A stretch of DNA of 64,000 nucleotides from Blepharisma stoltei ATCC 30299 (GCA_965603825.1 CBFDEM010000013.1:186001-250000); one strand, 5' to 3'. Positions 12,627-26,154 are shown, counted from the first letter of the stretch. The notes: generated from the letters alone by a model not told the origin. Numbers and translations: made by a program.

Positions 12627-13805
12627 TTAATTCGTTTCAGTCATTTCTATATTTCCTCCAGGGTGAATAAGCTGTTTCACCCCTTTATTATCAGTTCTCT
12701 CCACAACTCCGTCCATAAACATACAGACTTCTTCCCCATTGCTTGTAATCCTCTTCACAGTGCCATCAGGGTAAATTATTTTCTTTGACCCATCGTTATA
12801 ATGTTTTTCTGTTTGTCCATTATTGAACCTTATCGTCTGTTTCCCATTTGCATATACTTTTTGAAACGCCCCAGTCTCCGCAAAGAAATACTGTGTAGAC
12901 CCATCAGGGAAATCTTGCTTTATATCTCTATTCGGGAAATAAGTAATCTTGTAGTTATTTTGGTACTTTTCCTGCCTCATCCCATCTGGAAAAACAATTA
13001 AAATATGTCCATCTGCTAGTGTTTTTTGGACCCTCCCGTCACTGAGCGTGCTTTGTTTTACAACTTCTAAGACCCTTGAATGGGCGCTGAATATTTCAAT
13101 TGGGGTAAGTGCTTCTATATTCCCTTTTTCTTCTTCAATAGGAGTTTGGGTTTCTGCAGTAGACCTACTTGCAGGGACAATTGGAGATCTCCTTCTGTCT
13201 CTTGACCTTTCTTCAAGCTCAAAAAGCTTGTTTTGGAGCTCCATTTTTTCCCTTGTCAGCTTGGAAATCACCTTATTGTCGCGGTTTTCTTTTCGTTTTC
13301 TTTCTTCTTGTAAAGCTTGGAATTGCTGCTTTAAGTTATTGAATTCTTCTCTTTCATTGTGTGAAATGGCAGCTGCCAAGTTTTTTTGGCTGTCTTTTCT
13401 AGCTTTTTCTCGTTGTCGGATGGCTTTCTGCTGCTTTTCGACTCATGCAGATTGCTCAAGCTTTACTTGTTCGAGCTTTTTTTCTAGGGTTTCATTCAGT
13501 TTTTTAGCATCTTTTTCTTTGTCTTTGGCGCTTTTGAGTATGGTTTCGAGCTTTTCGTTGGCGTTTTTAAATTTATTTAGCTCGAAGTCTAGCAGTTCTA
13601 GCTTCTTTTCAAGCTTATAAGATAGCTCTTGAGAGTCAAGGCTTGATTTAGTACTGCGAAACTGCGGATCAATGTATTCGATTTCTTCATTTAGGGTTCC
13701 TCATTCAGTTTTTTCTTCTTCGTGCATTTTTGGAGGGTTTTCAATCGGATTCTCTTCATTTAGAAGTTCTACGAATTCTTCTTTTAGTTCGTTTAAGTCA
13801 GCCAT
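12627..13805 (-). CDS. SAS4: SAS-4/CPAP-like centriole protein (coiled coil + TCP10/G-box beta-meander, ~392 aa)
   Basis: ATG at 13805; repeated xFxDG hairpins (ITYFPNRDIKQDFPDGSTQYFFAETG, FNNGQTEKHYNDGSKKIIYPDGTVK). Confidence 0.8.
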
Positions 13806-13860
13806 GAGTTATTTCTAAAATAATGATCTAAAAATATATTTTCATAAATAGATATTTTTA

Positions 13861-14574
13861 TTATTTTGTAAACATTCTAGCTGCTTCATTAGTATCAATT
13901 GGCTGCAAAGAATGCGCTCCGACAGCCTGATGGTTCTTTAAATGTGCAAAATGGAAAGAATAATAGCTGAACTCATCTTCCTGCATAGACGCAAACTGGG
14001 TTGCTAATAAAATCCAGCTTAAAGAGTCCAGCTCTTCTTGTTCGATTCCTTGGACCATAATTCTTTCTATTGATTGCTGCAAATTGTCATGCCTTAAATA
14101 TTGAGGATGCCCTTTGGTAGAAGTGTTTTCTGCAATATATTGTAGCATCCAATGAACTTTTGGCTGCATAAAGAAATTCATAGTCCATTCAGCACCTCCA
14201 GGCAGTGCCTCAGCGTCAGCAATAGTCTCTCCAAAGATAAATCCTATAAAAATTCACCAGAACTTGAAGAATCTTCTGCTTCTCGCGAAACTCAAATAAA
14301 CAACGTCTTGAAATTTTTTGTTTAAATGCAATTTCAATAGCCAAAATTTAGTTTTTAGATATTCTGATAGTTTTGCAAAAGCTGAGACTTCATAAGCTCT
14401 TATCATTTCTCTCCTTTTGAAAATGATTCTTGACATAAGGCTTAAAGGCTCTGGGCCTGGATTTTGCTTGGCTATAAGAGCAATTCTTTCAGTAGCTGAC
14501 AAGGACTTGAGAAAATACGGCTTATATCTGGGATTCAAAGCCAGTCAGCCTTCTTTGATTTTGTGAAGAAGCAT
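13861..14574 (-). CDS. Hypothetical single-pass membrane protein, possibly mitochondrial (~237 aa)
   Basis: One frame with TGA=Trp; hydrophobic FFKFWWIFIGFIFG segment, basic N-terminus. Confidence 0.65.
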
Positions 14575-14603
14575 TTATTAATGGAAGCTTAAGAAGAGGA
14601 AAA

Positions 14604-16016
14604 TTAAAATTTAAGAACATTATTACCGTAGCGCGCAAGAGATGTGGACCGAATTGGAGTCATACTTCTTGAGGAAGAAAAAGACTGGTTTAAGGATGGG
14701 TTGTAGAGCTTTAATTCTAGGTTTCCTCTTGAATGGTAAGGACTTGATTGTGCTGGAATCATACTATAAGGACTTGATATGTAGCCTGGCACTTTTGAAT
14801 GCAGCTGAAGTGCGCCTTTTTGAAAAGCTTCAATATCTTCTCGGTTTATTTTTCTTTCTTCTTCATTCATAGCATATCTGTTTCTTTTTTCTATTTCTTT
14901 ATTCTTTATCTGAGCTTTTAAAGATTTGAGGTACTCTTTTTGCTTTTCTCTCATCTGAATTCTTTCTTGGATGACATTTTCACTTAGAGATTTTTGTTTT
15001 TCTAGGATATCCTGAGCATATTTTCTATCTTCCTCAGCCTGTTTTTTGAGAGCATTTTGTCTTTCTTGGATTTGCTTATTGAGGATCTCTCTAGTGAACT
15101 TCTCAGAATTAATTTGTGACATCCTTTTTTCAAATTCTTTCTGCTTAAGTTGCTCTTCCCTATTCCTTTGAATTTCCAATGCTTTTAGTTCATCTTCTTT
15201 TGCCCTTGCTTCGATCGAGGTTATGTTATTAAAATTATTCGACTTCTGAAGCTCGTCGAATTTGTTATAGAAATTGTTAAATTCGTCTAAAAATCTCTGT
15301 CGTTTTTCTTCATATGCATCTTTAAAATCATATGCATTTTTTGTGTATTGTCTATCGAGCTCTCTTTCTCGTTCTTTTTCCTCCTTCTTTATTTCCAGCT
15401 GTTTTAAGTTGAAATTATTGATTTCAAGCTGCCGGCTTTTTATGTATCGTTTTTCTGCGTCAACTGACTTGCTTAGCTTTTTCCTTTCTTCATCAATTTG
15501 TCTTTGGTATTCTTCTTGCTCCCTCTGCTTCATTGATTTTTGCTGCTCCAAAACCTGCTGCCGCTGGCTTATTGTCTCATCTTGTATTTGTCTAGCCACT
15601 ACAGCCCGGTTCTGCAGAATATAATTTTCTCTTGATTTATTAAATTCTGCTTGTTTTTCTCTAATTTGTTGCAATCTTATAATTTCTTGGGACTCTCTGA
15701 CTTCTATGCTTCTCCTCAGCTGCTGCTTTGCATGCATGATTTGGTCTAGTTCTTCTTTGTAGCGTTTTTTCTTTTCTGTTTCTTCAATTTGATGCTGCAA
15801 ATCAGCGAGTTTTTGGACTTCGTCTTGATGCTTAATAACTCCAGCCCATTCATCATAGCCAGCATTTGGCCTTGTAGGGAATTCTTTGTAGGTCGGAGTT
15901 TGGTTTCTCGAAACATTGGATTTAAAAATTTCAAAAACTTGATTAAAATCATAGCCCTGGTCAAATAAAGAGTCAGCGTTGGAAATTTCTTGCTCAATTT
16001 GTGCTATTCGCTGCAT
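14604..16016 (-). CDS. Long coiled-coil protein (trichohyalin/TPH-like, likely cytoskeletal or ciliary)
   Basis: 470-aa ORF rich in E/K/Q/R; motifs YKEELDQIM, LNKQIQER, YLKSLKAQI. Confidence 0.7.
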   Translation of the reverse strand: MQRIAQIEQEISNADSLFDQGYDFNQVFEIFKSNVSRNQTPTYKEFPTRPNAGYDEWAGVIKHQDEVQKLADLQHQIEETEKKKRYKEELDQIMHAKQQLRRSIEVRESQEIIRLQQIREKQAEFNKSRENYILQNRAVVARQIQDETISQRQQVLEQQKSMKQREQEEYQRQIDEERKKLSKSVDAEKRYIKSRQLEINNFNLKQLEIKKEEKERERELDRQYTKNAYDFKDAYEEKRQRFLDEFNNFYNKFDELQKSNNFNNITSIEARAKEDELKALEIQRNREEQLKQKEFEKRMSQINSEKFTREILNKQIQERQNALKKQAEEDRKYAQDILEKQKSLSENVIQERIQMREKQKEYLKSLKAQIKNKEIEKRNRYAMNEEERKINREDIEAFQKGALQLHSKVPGYISSPYSMIPAQSSPYHSRGNLELKLYNPSLNQSFSSSRSMTPIRSTSLARYGNNVLKF

Positions 16017-16122
16017 TTAATTTACTTCAATTCCAAGCTCAGCAATTAGAAGTTTTTTTAGTTTTTCTTTACGACGATGGTTAAGAAGCCGAATTCTTCC
16101 AGGATCTGCCATGCGAAAATTA

Positions 16123-18333
16123 TTAAAGAATTATTATTTTTTTATGAGGATAACAGCGATTTCTAAGCATCTTATATGCCCACTCATTAAATCCAGACGG
16201 TCCACAAATCCATGTTTGTTGAATTTTGTATAGATCTGTCCATCTTTCTAGCATTTCAGGAGTCATTAAGTGTGATTTGGAAATGCTAATAATAAGTTTG
16301 AAGCTACTGGGGTATTTAGTCTGCATTACTTTTAAAATATCTAATGCAATTGCTTCTTTTTCATTAGAAAAAGAAACATAAAGATACAGAGTAAAGTCTT
16401 CAAGTTTATTTCTCCATATCGAAAAGATAAGGTCCATAAATGGCAGGAGCCCAGTGCCTCCAGCAAATGCCAGATAAGAGCCAGTGGCAGATTTATCAAG
16501 CATTAGTCCAGGACCCATTGGGCCTACAATTTTTAAGTTATCGCCATTGATTAAATTCTTGAGGTAACTCGTCATTTTTCCTTTCGGATAATGCTTAAAA
16601 TATAATGAAATTTGTCTTGAATTTCTGTTCCTTTTATCAAGTCTACTACATGAGTATTGATTTTGGATTATTTCTTGTTTCCAAGCCTGCAAATCACAGG
16701 ATAAATGCGAATAATATCTGCTTATCGGTTTTCCATTATATTCTCCATAAACTAAATATGATTTCCCCATTCAGCTTAACCCTTCAGGGATTATAACTTC
16801 TCAATTGCTGTTTTCAAGAATGAGTTTATAAATATTTTCTCCAATTAAATGCCGACTCTTTACAGTCCAAACTATATTTTCAGCAGGTTGATTGCTATTT
16901 AAAGGCTTAAATACCCTCTCCTCAATTCCTAAGTCACAAATAATCAAAGAGTTAATTTGAGAATAAACGTATTTAGGATGGGTGAATGAGTTATACTCTT
17001 CGCCAATACTGCTGCAACCATGAATATATTTCCCAATATCTTGCCCAATCGTACTCTTTATCAAATTTGAGCCACCCGGGTGATTTTTTATATATTTCGA
17101 TACATCTAACAAATATTGGTTATAAAAAGACCATTCTTTGTTCTCGTTCACTATGATTTTATAGATTTGATTGTAATTTAATTTGTTATTATTGATGAAA
17201 ATTGCTTCTTCTTTTTTCTTATTCTTTGGAGATGAAGATACTTCTATAATCTTGAAAAAATTTAAAATTTGGATTCTGAATTCAAGAAATACATAAAGGA
17301 TAAGCACCACAAAATAAAGAAAAATCATTATAAACAAATTGTTATCATTATACAAATTTCATCCTGAAATCACATTATAAGCTGACAGTAATATCATAGC
17401 CCAGCCAATAATATGATGAATTTGTCTAATTAAAGAGATAGATATAGCTGACTTCTTCGCAGAAATAAAAATTCTGCTTATAAAACCAAGAACTCCTTGT
17501 CATACCAATAAGCTTGCAATAGCAAGCCCAATAATTGAGTGCAATCTTTGTCAGTAATTCGACGAATACTCTTTTTTAGAGTTTTCTTCATAAATCTTAT
17601 ACACAGAAAACATTGTGATCCCAATAACTATCGAATTCAGCACAAGGTGCAAATAAAACCAAAACTTCCACCATTTTAAATACCTTGCTATCATTGCTCC
17701 TAAATTTACAAAGCCGATTCACAGCACACTCATAGCTTTGGAATGATGATCATAAGGCTCAGCGCTGTATCTCCCATCTTTAATAAAATAGGATTCTTCT
17801 TGTGTAGTCCCAAATTTTATTTTTCCTGATCCGTAGTTTTGTCTGTGATATTTAAATCCTGCTCGGTCATCATAAGCAAAGCAAAAATCGGTTTCTATGT
17901 TTCTATATAGGATATTGTCTAAGGTATCTTTGGTATTTAAAGGTCTTCTTATTGCAGCGGTTAATAGTCCATTAATAACTGAAGAAGATTCAAGTTTTAT
18001 ATTGTTATTTCCTCCTAGAGATGTATCAATAATTGGTTGCTCTTGAGTGTAAGAGTGGGTGTCTTTTGCAGTGATACTGCTTCCATCACTTTGGAGTATA
18101 ATCATATCTGTGTGATCCATAGTTGCTCCAAAGCCAATGCCACATCAGCCTAGCTTTTTAATTTCACACTATATAAAAGTTACGTTGAAATAAAAAATTA
18201 TGTCTTCTCCATCAAATTTTCAGCCTAAGCTCATGACTTTGTCTAAGTTCACTGTAGCTACTTGTGATTGACTTTGGCAAAAAAGTAAAGCGAATATTGT
18301 AAAAAGTGTTTTTAAGTTTAAATTCAAATCCAT
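16123..18333 (-). CDS. Signal peptide-DOMON-cytochrome b561-cytochrome b5-FAD/NAD(P) reductase (FNR-like) fusion (~731 aa); intron 18169-18183
   Basis: DOMON G(W)CGIGFGATMDHTDM; b561 histidines (HHSKAM, FYLHL, RLHSIIG, IHHIIGW); b5 HPGG; FNR RYYS, GKMTSYL, GPMG, AGGTGLLP, ICGP. Confidence 0.88.
18169..18183 (-). other. 15-nt intron GTAACTTTTATATAG
   Basis: Removes in-frame TAG within the DOMON domain. Confidence 0.85.
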
Positions 18334-18506
18334 TTTGAATAATTAGGATATAGAAGAAATATGAAAATTTGGATAGTAAATATAGCTTTGGAGCTGATAT
18401 ATTGATTTTTGTGATATAAGGAATTATTTTGATCTAAAAATTTTCTTGAAGCATTTATAATTTCTATAATGAAGAAATATGAATAATAAAGTGAAGAAGA
18501 GAATTT

Positions 18507-18645
18507 CACTGTGGATAAAGCAATAATATCAAATGCAGCTTATTGAGATAATTAAATTAAAACTAATGATTTACTATGATAAAAGAGATAAAATTATTTT
18601 CAATTTCCATCTGTCTATTCTGAAGAATGTTGCTTATCCACTGTG
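18507..18645. repeat. Imperfect ~16-bp inverted repeat pair, 139-bp span (MITE-like)
   Basis: CACTGTGGATAAAGCAA (18507) versus reverse complement CACAGTGGATAAGCAA (18630-18645). Confidence 0.4.
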
Positions 18646-18932
18646 TAATATCGAAAAAAATTATGATGGTTGTTATATTGCTTTGTTTTATTAAGTTCAA
18701 ACACTCTCAAAATTCTCTTTTAAATATATGGAAGTCAAGATTTCAAATTAAACCAAGATGATTTTCTCCATTTTAAGCCTCTCCATAATTTAACTAGGAA
18801 TAAAAAATCTTCCCTTAAACCATAAAAAAGGATGCTTCACCATTTAATCACATTAAATGTCAATAATTATTGAAAAATGACATTAAATGCTTGGATTCCA
18901 TCAGGTTTTCTTCAAATTAATAAATTAATATT

Positions 18933-21900
18933 ATGAAATTACATGAAGACACAAATATCGAGAACCTGAACGTCCTTTCCATGCCAGACCAAGAAAACCT
19001 GAAAATCACCCGAGAAATCAAAACCAATGCGTTTGATATATTTTGTTTAGTCCTAGAGCAAAGCCAAAAGAAAAGCACAAAGCTAAGAAAGTACATTAGT
19101 TTTCTTATAACTTGGCTTCAGACAATACAAGTGATTACATTACTTTACTATCCGAAAATGAATATCAAAGAGTGAAGCTCTTATGCATTATTTTGACAGT
19201 GGCTTTCCTATACGAGATTAGACCCCATCATTATGCAGCTAAATGTTTATCTTTATTCCTTGATATTCGCTGCAGTTATTAGTATTTTACCAATTGTATA
19301 TTTTATCTTTCTTATGATTGCCAAAAGAAGAAATGAGGAAAGAGAGTTTAGCTTTATTGATCTGCTTATAATAACACCAGTTTTACTTATTACTAGATAT
19401 TTTTATATCCCAGTGCTATGCTTGGTAGTTGTAGGATTTAAATATTTGCCTAAGGGCATTGATACTTATATGGAAGAATATGATGAAGAAAGAGATATGA
19501 CTCATCTCTATTTATCAAGCCTACTTATTACTTTGAGTATTACTGTTACTTTGTTAGCAGTCGCGAAAGAACTATTTTTGATTGATATAAGGCATTATAA
19601 AGGCTCTGGAGCGTATTCTAAGTCATCTGGAAGGATAAATGTGGTTAGAATTTTGGCTCAAAATTTCCAGGTTTTAGGGTATTATTTTATATTTTCTGAT
19701 TATTTACAAATTTATTACGTCCTGACAATTGTTATGTGGTGTTTTATTTCTTATTTATTTTCTTATAGAATGCCTTATTATGAAATCAACTCAAACCTTA
19801 CTCATAGTGCTTTAGCCTTCATAATAGCTTTTAGTGCTTTGGCGTTTTTGATATCTCTGAGCACGTCAAGCTCAGTTTCTATCTCCTTAATTATTTTTGT
19901 TTCTCCAATGATTTTCAGTCTTCAATATAAGCTTACACATTGGCTATATAAAAGATATGAAAAAATTCCTGAAGAATTGTCAAAAATTTCTCCATGAAAG
20001 TGTGAGCTTTATATGAGAAAAGATCTATTAGCAAACTCATTAGATGTTCTAAAGACATTTGAAGTATTTATGAGGCAGCCAACAATATATAAGTCCAAAA
20101 TCATTCATATTTTTCTGAGTTATTATTGCTATGGTGTTTCCAAAGACTCAATAAAAGCTAGGCTGATTTTATATTTAGCAAAAGATCTTCACTCATCTTT
20201 TGATGAAAGTTTGCAAGAGAAATTATGCAAAAGTTTAATCGAAAGAGAAACAAGTGCAGATAATGACACATATAGGTATCTCAATTTTATAAAATCATTT
20301 TTAAAGACTACAGAAATGGACAAGACCACATGCTTTCTGTTGCAAAAAGTATGAAAAGAACTTTTAAGGCCAAAGCCTCCACTAAGGGTAATACAGCCGC
20401 TCATTAAAACTCTTAATAAAAACCTGAAAATCCTGAGAGATCAATATCATCAGTTAATTAAGGCCAATAATAAAAATATTGAGTCAAACTTACAACTTGG
20501 CTCATTGATGAATAATTTATTGAATTTATCAGAAAAAGGAGAATATTACACCTCTATAGGAATGGATTTATGGAAAGATCAAAACCGCAATAGAGGCTTA
20601 GGACTAAACCCTTACAACCCCAGCACTTGTGTAATACTAGCAAACTGCTATAATAAAATATCAATCCGTATAGAATACGCGAATCGGCGAGCAATAAACG
20701 CTCTTAGCTGCAATTATTCTGCGCTTATTGGCTCAAAATTCACTGATTTATTTCCTGCTTGCTATGAAAATTTCCATAAAGCATACCTAAAAAAATTTGT
20801 GTCTGGGGCTGATATAAAGTTGCAGCTTCCCCCTATATTTTTTATAAAAAATCTTGCAGGCCATTTAATACCAATTCATGGAGTTTTGACTATTGATTCT
20901 CTCAATGGATCAAGATTTTTAATATTTGTTTTCCAATATAATGATGAGTTTTTGACATCAGCTCTTGTGAAAATGAATGCAACTGTGCAAGGCTGCACTG
21001 AGTCTTTTCCTCAGTTGCTAAATATAGATAAAACAGTTGTGGAAAAAAACGATTTTTCGAAGCATATTCCTGTACTAAAAGCATTGGTAAAATCTTATCA
21101 TACTCCTATGTATTGCAGAAATAATATTTTTATAATATCAATAAAAACACAAATTTTTGATGTTGATTACGCTGTATTTATTGCGTTGGATGGAAAAGGT
21201 GAAGTTCACAAATGGGAAGCTGAGCACACTGATAAAGATAACTGAGATTTTGATAAAAGAAATGATTCACGTATTTCTATGAGCACAATTGAAGAGTCAC
21301 ATATAGGAAAAAGCATAAATTCAGAGCATCAGCAGTCGTTAGAGAGCAAGTTAAAAGGGTATTCTAGCAACTATTTGGATGACAATTCTGAAGAAACTTC
21401 TAAACAAGAAGACGAAAACCCTAAAACTGGAAATAACAAATCAATAGCTTCTACAATTATGTCTTCATCCAAAAGCGCACTTATAAACCAACATTTTGCC
21501 CTTAAAACCTCCGTAAAATCAAATGCCCGAAATTTAAAAATCACGTTGATTTTAGCTGTAATCCTCATTTAGACATTTATTTTTATAATGATCAATCTCG
21601 GTTTCGCAATTTTTTATGAAATCACAGTTTCAATCGCCACAACTGCCAGTGAATTAGAAAATTATTTAGTTAATAGAACATATTACATTTTATCTGCAAG
21701 CCAATTTGCTAGGTTTATTGACCTTAAATCTCGAGGTTTAATTTTTTGAGACATGAATACAATACAGGCATTTTTAATTTTATTTGCAGACGACATAACA
21801 ACAGACTATGAAAAAACCCAGAATAATTTTGATACTTTTATGTCTTCTTGCTATAAAGACCAATATATAAAAAACTATGCTCCGATGATTGAAAAAATCA

Positions 21901-23162
21901 GCCCTGGGGAACCTAGAGAAGTCAAAGAAAATATGTTTAATGCACTGCTGCTTATGAGAGCGTATATGCTTTCAGTTGCGGCAAGAATGATGACAGAGAA
22001 GCTATTTTTGGACAGCGATGATGACTTGTATAACACTTTTTGACTGGGAAGCAGCAAATTGATTAATTATTTGCATCATGTTCAAGATTTGTACCATAAA
22101 AATATAGATATCCAGCTAGAGCAGCTAAGCATAGCTTTTACCATTTTTGTGTTGGTTTTATCTGTCATGATAGCCTGTGCATTATTAATTATGACTTGAA
22201 AACTGCTAATCTTGCAAAAAGCCTATGCTAAAATATGAACCATTATCCTCACTAACCCAAAAGATGCTATTATAGAAAAATATACCAGTGTAAATGATAG
22301 GCTGGAGTCAATACACTTTATTGACACAGTCAATGCCAGAATTGAGCCTAGCGATGTTACTGAGCATTACCAGAAAGATTTTCATATCATTCGCATTTGG
22401 AAAAGATTAATTACTACTTATTCCATATTTGGACTTGCCACCATTTTTTATGTGTGCATGCTCTATTTTTTCCCTGTTAAATTGTGCAGTGATTTATATG
22501 AATTTCGGCATGAATTTTTGATGGGCTGTGTAAGAAGTCGAGAAACTTTATTACATTTGTGAAGCTCAGCAAAAGAAATACCTTTATCAGGGACTAATTA
22601 TAGCTTGCATAATATTTTGGCAGACCATTTTTATGAAGGATATTTTGTTCAAGAATTTAATGATTATTTAGAAGATGCTCTAGATAATGATTATTATATT
22701 CAGTCATTATTTACAGATAGCAAAATAAATCCTTCTCAGTCTACAATTAACATTTTATTTGATTCTGTAAATAAATCCGCTATCACTACCCATGGCTTGC
22801 AAGAAGCGCTTATTTATTTTCATACAGAACTAACAGAAAGTGCTTCCAGTGAGTGAAATGATGATGTTACCCGAGAGTTCCAGTCATCGCTTGGCGATTT
22901 GTATGATATTCTTCAAGCATTTGAAAAACTGATTGATTCAGGGCTGAAAGATCTGATAAATAGTATAGATCGTCAGAAAGCCTTTGCGCTTGCGATGATG
23001 TACAGCTTGTGTGTGGCAGCTTTATTTATTTTATTTTTTCTGGGAATCCCTAGTATTAAATCAATGGAAGCTTCGATTTTGGAAACTTGAAAATTCTCAC
23101 ATACGTTTTCTTTAGAAACCACAAGACTAATGTTTATAAAAAATGGAAAAACTATAACATAA
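18933..23162 (+). CDS. Multi-pass membrane PAS-domain protein (TmcB-like ciliate family, ~1404 aa); intron 21558-21572
   Basis: Eight ORF pieces in one frame via TGA=Trp; N-terminal TM bundle; PAS-like IEYANRRAINALSCNYSALIGSKFTDLFPACYENFHKAYL; further C-terminal TMs. Confidence 0.78.
21558..21572 (+). other. 15-nt intron GTAATCCTCATTTAG
   Basis: Removes in-frame TAG. Confidence 0.85.
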
Positions 23163-23490
23163 GCATTTGAAAGAATGATTTTCAATAAAAGATAAGCCTC
23201 AGAAAACTTATGAAGCGCCAAGCATAAGATATTTTGAATTTTTTTATAGTATTAGATGCAATAGGCTATTTAAATCTCAATGTGTTGTAATCTTTAATTA
23301 AGCTTTCAAGTTTTTGGAAGCAATTATCTTGACAATAATTAGAATTTAATAGGTCTAAATTTTTCAACGTCAAAAAATGCCTTGATTACTTTTAAATTAA
23401 TAAATAGTTCGTTTTGTAAAACAATTTCGCTATTATATTTTATAGAGCATTATAAAATGCATATAAGAGCGAAAATTTATTATTTTATGC

Positions 23491-24717
23491 TTAAAATGAA
23501 AGACAAATAACTTTTCCATCTTTTCTTGCAATATAAAACACAGTTGAATCCACATCTGCAGTCTCAATTTCTGCATGCAAATCAACAGAACTAATTTCAC
23601 AAAAATCATTATTAAAAAGTCTATATATCTTTTACTCTATTTCCCCCTTCGTGCTCAATACAGCAATTAGTTTCTGCTTATTAATTTGAATCATTTTAAT
23701 ATAAGAAATAGGAATTTTCTTTTTCTCATCACACGCCTTTTCATTATAAAGCTCTACGAAATTCAGCCCTCCCATTATAGCTGGCTCAATATAAAATTGT
23801 TGCAAAATTTCTATTCTTTCAATATGCATTTTAACCAAAACCCTTCCGTTTTTAAATAAATTCACTGCATATAAAAATTCATTATCAATTATAAAATCAG
23901 TAACTGTCATATTCTCCATATTAATATCAATTTTTTTCTGAGAATTCATTTTAACGAAAAGCATACGACTTTTAACTGAGTCATTTTCGTCGCTTCAGCA
24001 TATTCCTATAATAAAATCTTCATATAAGCTGCTTGAAATTGGGGATTTAAAGCAGGCTCGGTTTTTCTCATGATTTATCTTTATTATGTCAAAATCAAAA
24101 ATATCACATTGGACTTCTCCACAGCAGAATAGCGAAATTCTATTAAAAATAGGCATTGCAAAAGCGCTATCACAGTCTCCACCATTTAGCATACAAGACC
24201 ATATGTATATATTCCCACACGTCGTAAGCACACAAATTTTATTTTCTTTGCATTTTAACCCAACTAATGCTTCTCTACTGTTTACAGCTCCTATTTCATT
24301 AATTTCCCTCATAGTTTCTATATCCCAGACCTTTATAACATTTAAGCTTGCTACTTCTCCGTTTTCTCTTATCAAAGACTTTGAGCATGACGCCAGAAGC
24401 AACCTCCTATATACATCTGTAGCCCTTTCAGCATAATCTTCTTTTATTAGCATAAAAGTAATATCAGTTATATGCTCAGTCAATGTATGGCTTGCAGGTG
24501 CTTTTCAAGTATTAGTAATAACCAAAATATCATTAATGAGCGATCATACATTAATCAAACACACCCCAAGCTCTGGAGCATGCAAACTTGCTATCACATT
24601 TGTGTTTCCTCCAGGATTTGAACAATATAAAAGTTTAGAAAAATGAGGACTGTAGCTGTTTGATATCTTTGGAGGCTTAAACAAGTGCGGCTTTTCTCTA
24701 CTTTTTGTGCAGCCCAT
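23491..24717 (-). CDS. Divergent WD40/beta-propeller protein with MGC acylation motif (~403 aa); intron 23621-23635
   Basis: ATG at 24717 (MGCTKS); HITDITF, LLASCS, IKVWD, IYIW. Confidence 0.65.
23621..23635 (-). other. 15-nt intron GTAAAAGATATATAG
   Basis: Removes in-frame TAA and extends the ORF to 23491. Confidence 0.75.
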
Positions 24718-24806
24718 CTTAAGTTTGGCGTTTTTAAAATGCTTTAATTTGGATTTTTATAAAATAATTGAGTATTAAATCTGCATAATAAAAAATATAA
24801 AAACAA

Positions 24807-26108
24807 ATGATTATCTTATTATTAGGACTGGCGTCATTGGTGTCTAGCCATGATAATATTGAATTTTCTTTATTTGTCTCAACTTTCTATGATGAATCTA
24901 AGCCTGCAGATGTGCTAGAAAACAGCGATGTCCAGCAAAAATGGGTTGCAGTGTTTGAAGATGAAGAAATCGATGCTTCTTCTTTTAAAAGATTTTTTAT
25001 TTGGACAGAAGGTGAACAACGCAATATAACTGTTAATGTGAAATCACATGAAAGCACTTTAAAGGTTTTTCTTTCTGAAGATCCTCAGAGTAATCTTGAA
25101 ACACAGCATGACAAAATGGTTATATCTCTGTGCAATCATGGAGTAGAAACCTTTACAATCAATTTTCAGTGCCTCTCAGATTCCACTAATACAGTAGGAT
25201 TTGAAATACTAGATGGAGAAGAAACCTATGACTTTGAATTCGTGAAAATCTGCAAATCAGGTGTAAGGGATGATTTAATGATTTATTTTGGAGAAGAGTT
25301 AGATGATGAAGACACTGTTGTAGATGAAGGAACAGTTAATGAAGAATGGAGAGATGGGAAAAAAGAAATTGATGGCAGAGATGTAATGTTTAGTCTTTAT
25401 ATTGACCTAGGGTCGCAGCTGCTACAAGAGATAGAGATAAAAACAGAGCTTAAATACAAGTTGAGAGGGTCAGCAGTCAATCTTCACTTTCTGATGCCTG
25501 AACAGAAAATCATGAATTTCTTATTTTTAGAGCCAGGCTCTGGGCTTGTTGAAGTGATTTTACATATAAATCCATACAACCCAGTGTCATTTAAATGATA
25601 CCAAAATGTCCCACAAACAAGCAAAACCAACCCAAGCACATTGGGTATAGGAACTGCACCTATAGTTAATGATATCGTATCAGAAGGAAAAGTCAACGAC
25701 CAATACGCGCCACTCTATGTGGCAAGCAATGTATATTGGACAACCTTTTATATAACCCACAAAACGCCTATGAAAATAGGAACTCCAAAGCTAACCACAA
25801 ACCAGCATATTTTGCAGCCTGAAATAATTTATAGCTCTAAAGATATTGGTCCAAATCCATCGCTTTTTGAGCTTCGATATAGATGTATAAATGAAGGAAA
25901 AGCTGAGGTAAAAATTACGATCCCAGTGAAAGACTCTACTGTGGTCGAATTCGATGTCTTGAAAGTGTGCAAGAAACCAAAAATAAAGATCGAAAAGGAA
26001 TCAAGCAGTTTTTCTATTTTTATAATCGGAGGGGCATTCTCTGTAATGGCGATGATTGCTTATGTGCTAGTAACAAAGAAAAAACTATTTAAGCTTCTGA
26101 TTAGCTAA
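24807..26108 (+). CDS. Type I membrane protein with repeated beta-rich ectodomain units (~433 aa)
   Basis: Signal peptide MIILLLGLASLVSS; C-terminal TM; related Cys-paired units; TGA=Trp at 25596. Confidence 0.72.
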
Positions 26109-26154
26109 TCTGCAAATGATTATTAGGCAAAATTTAATAAAATAAAAATTGTGG

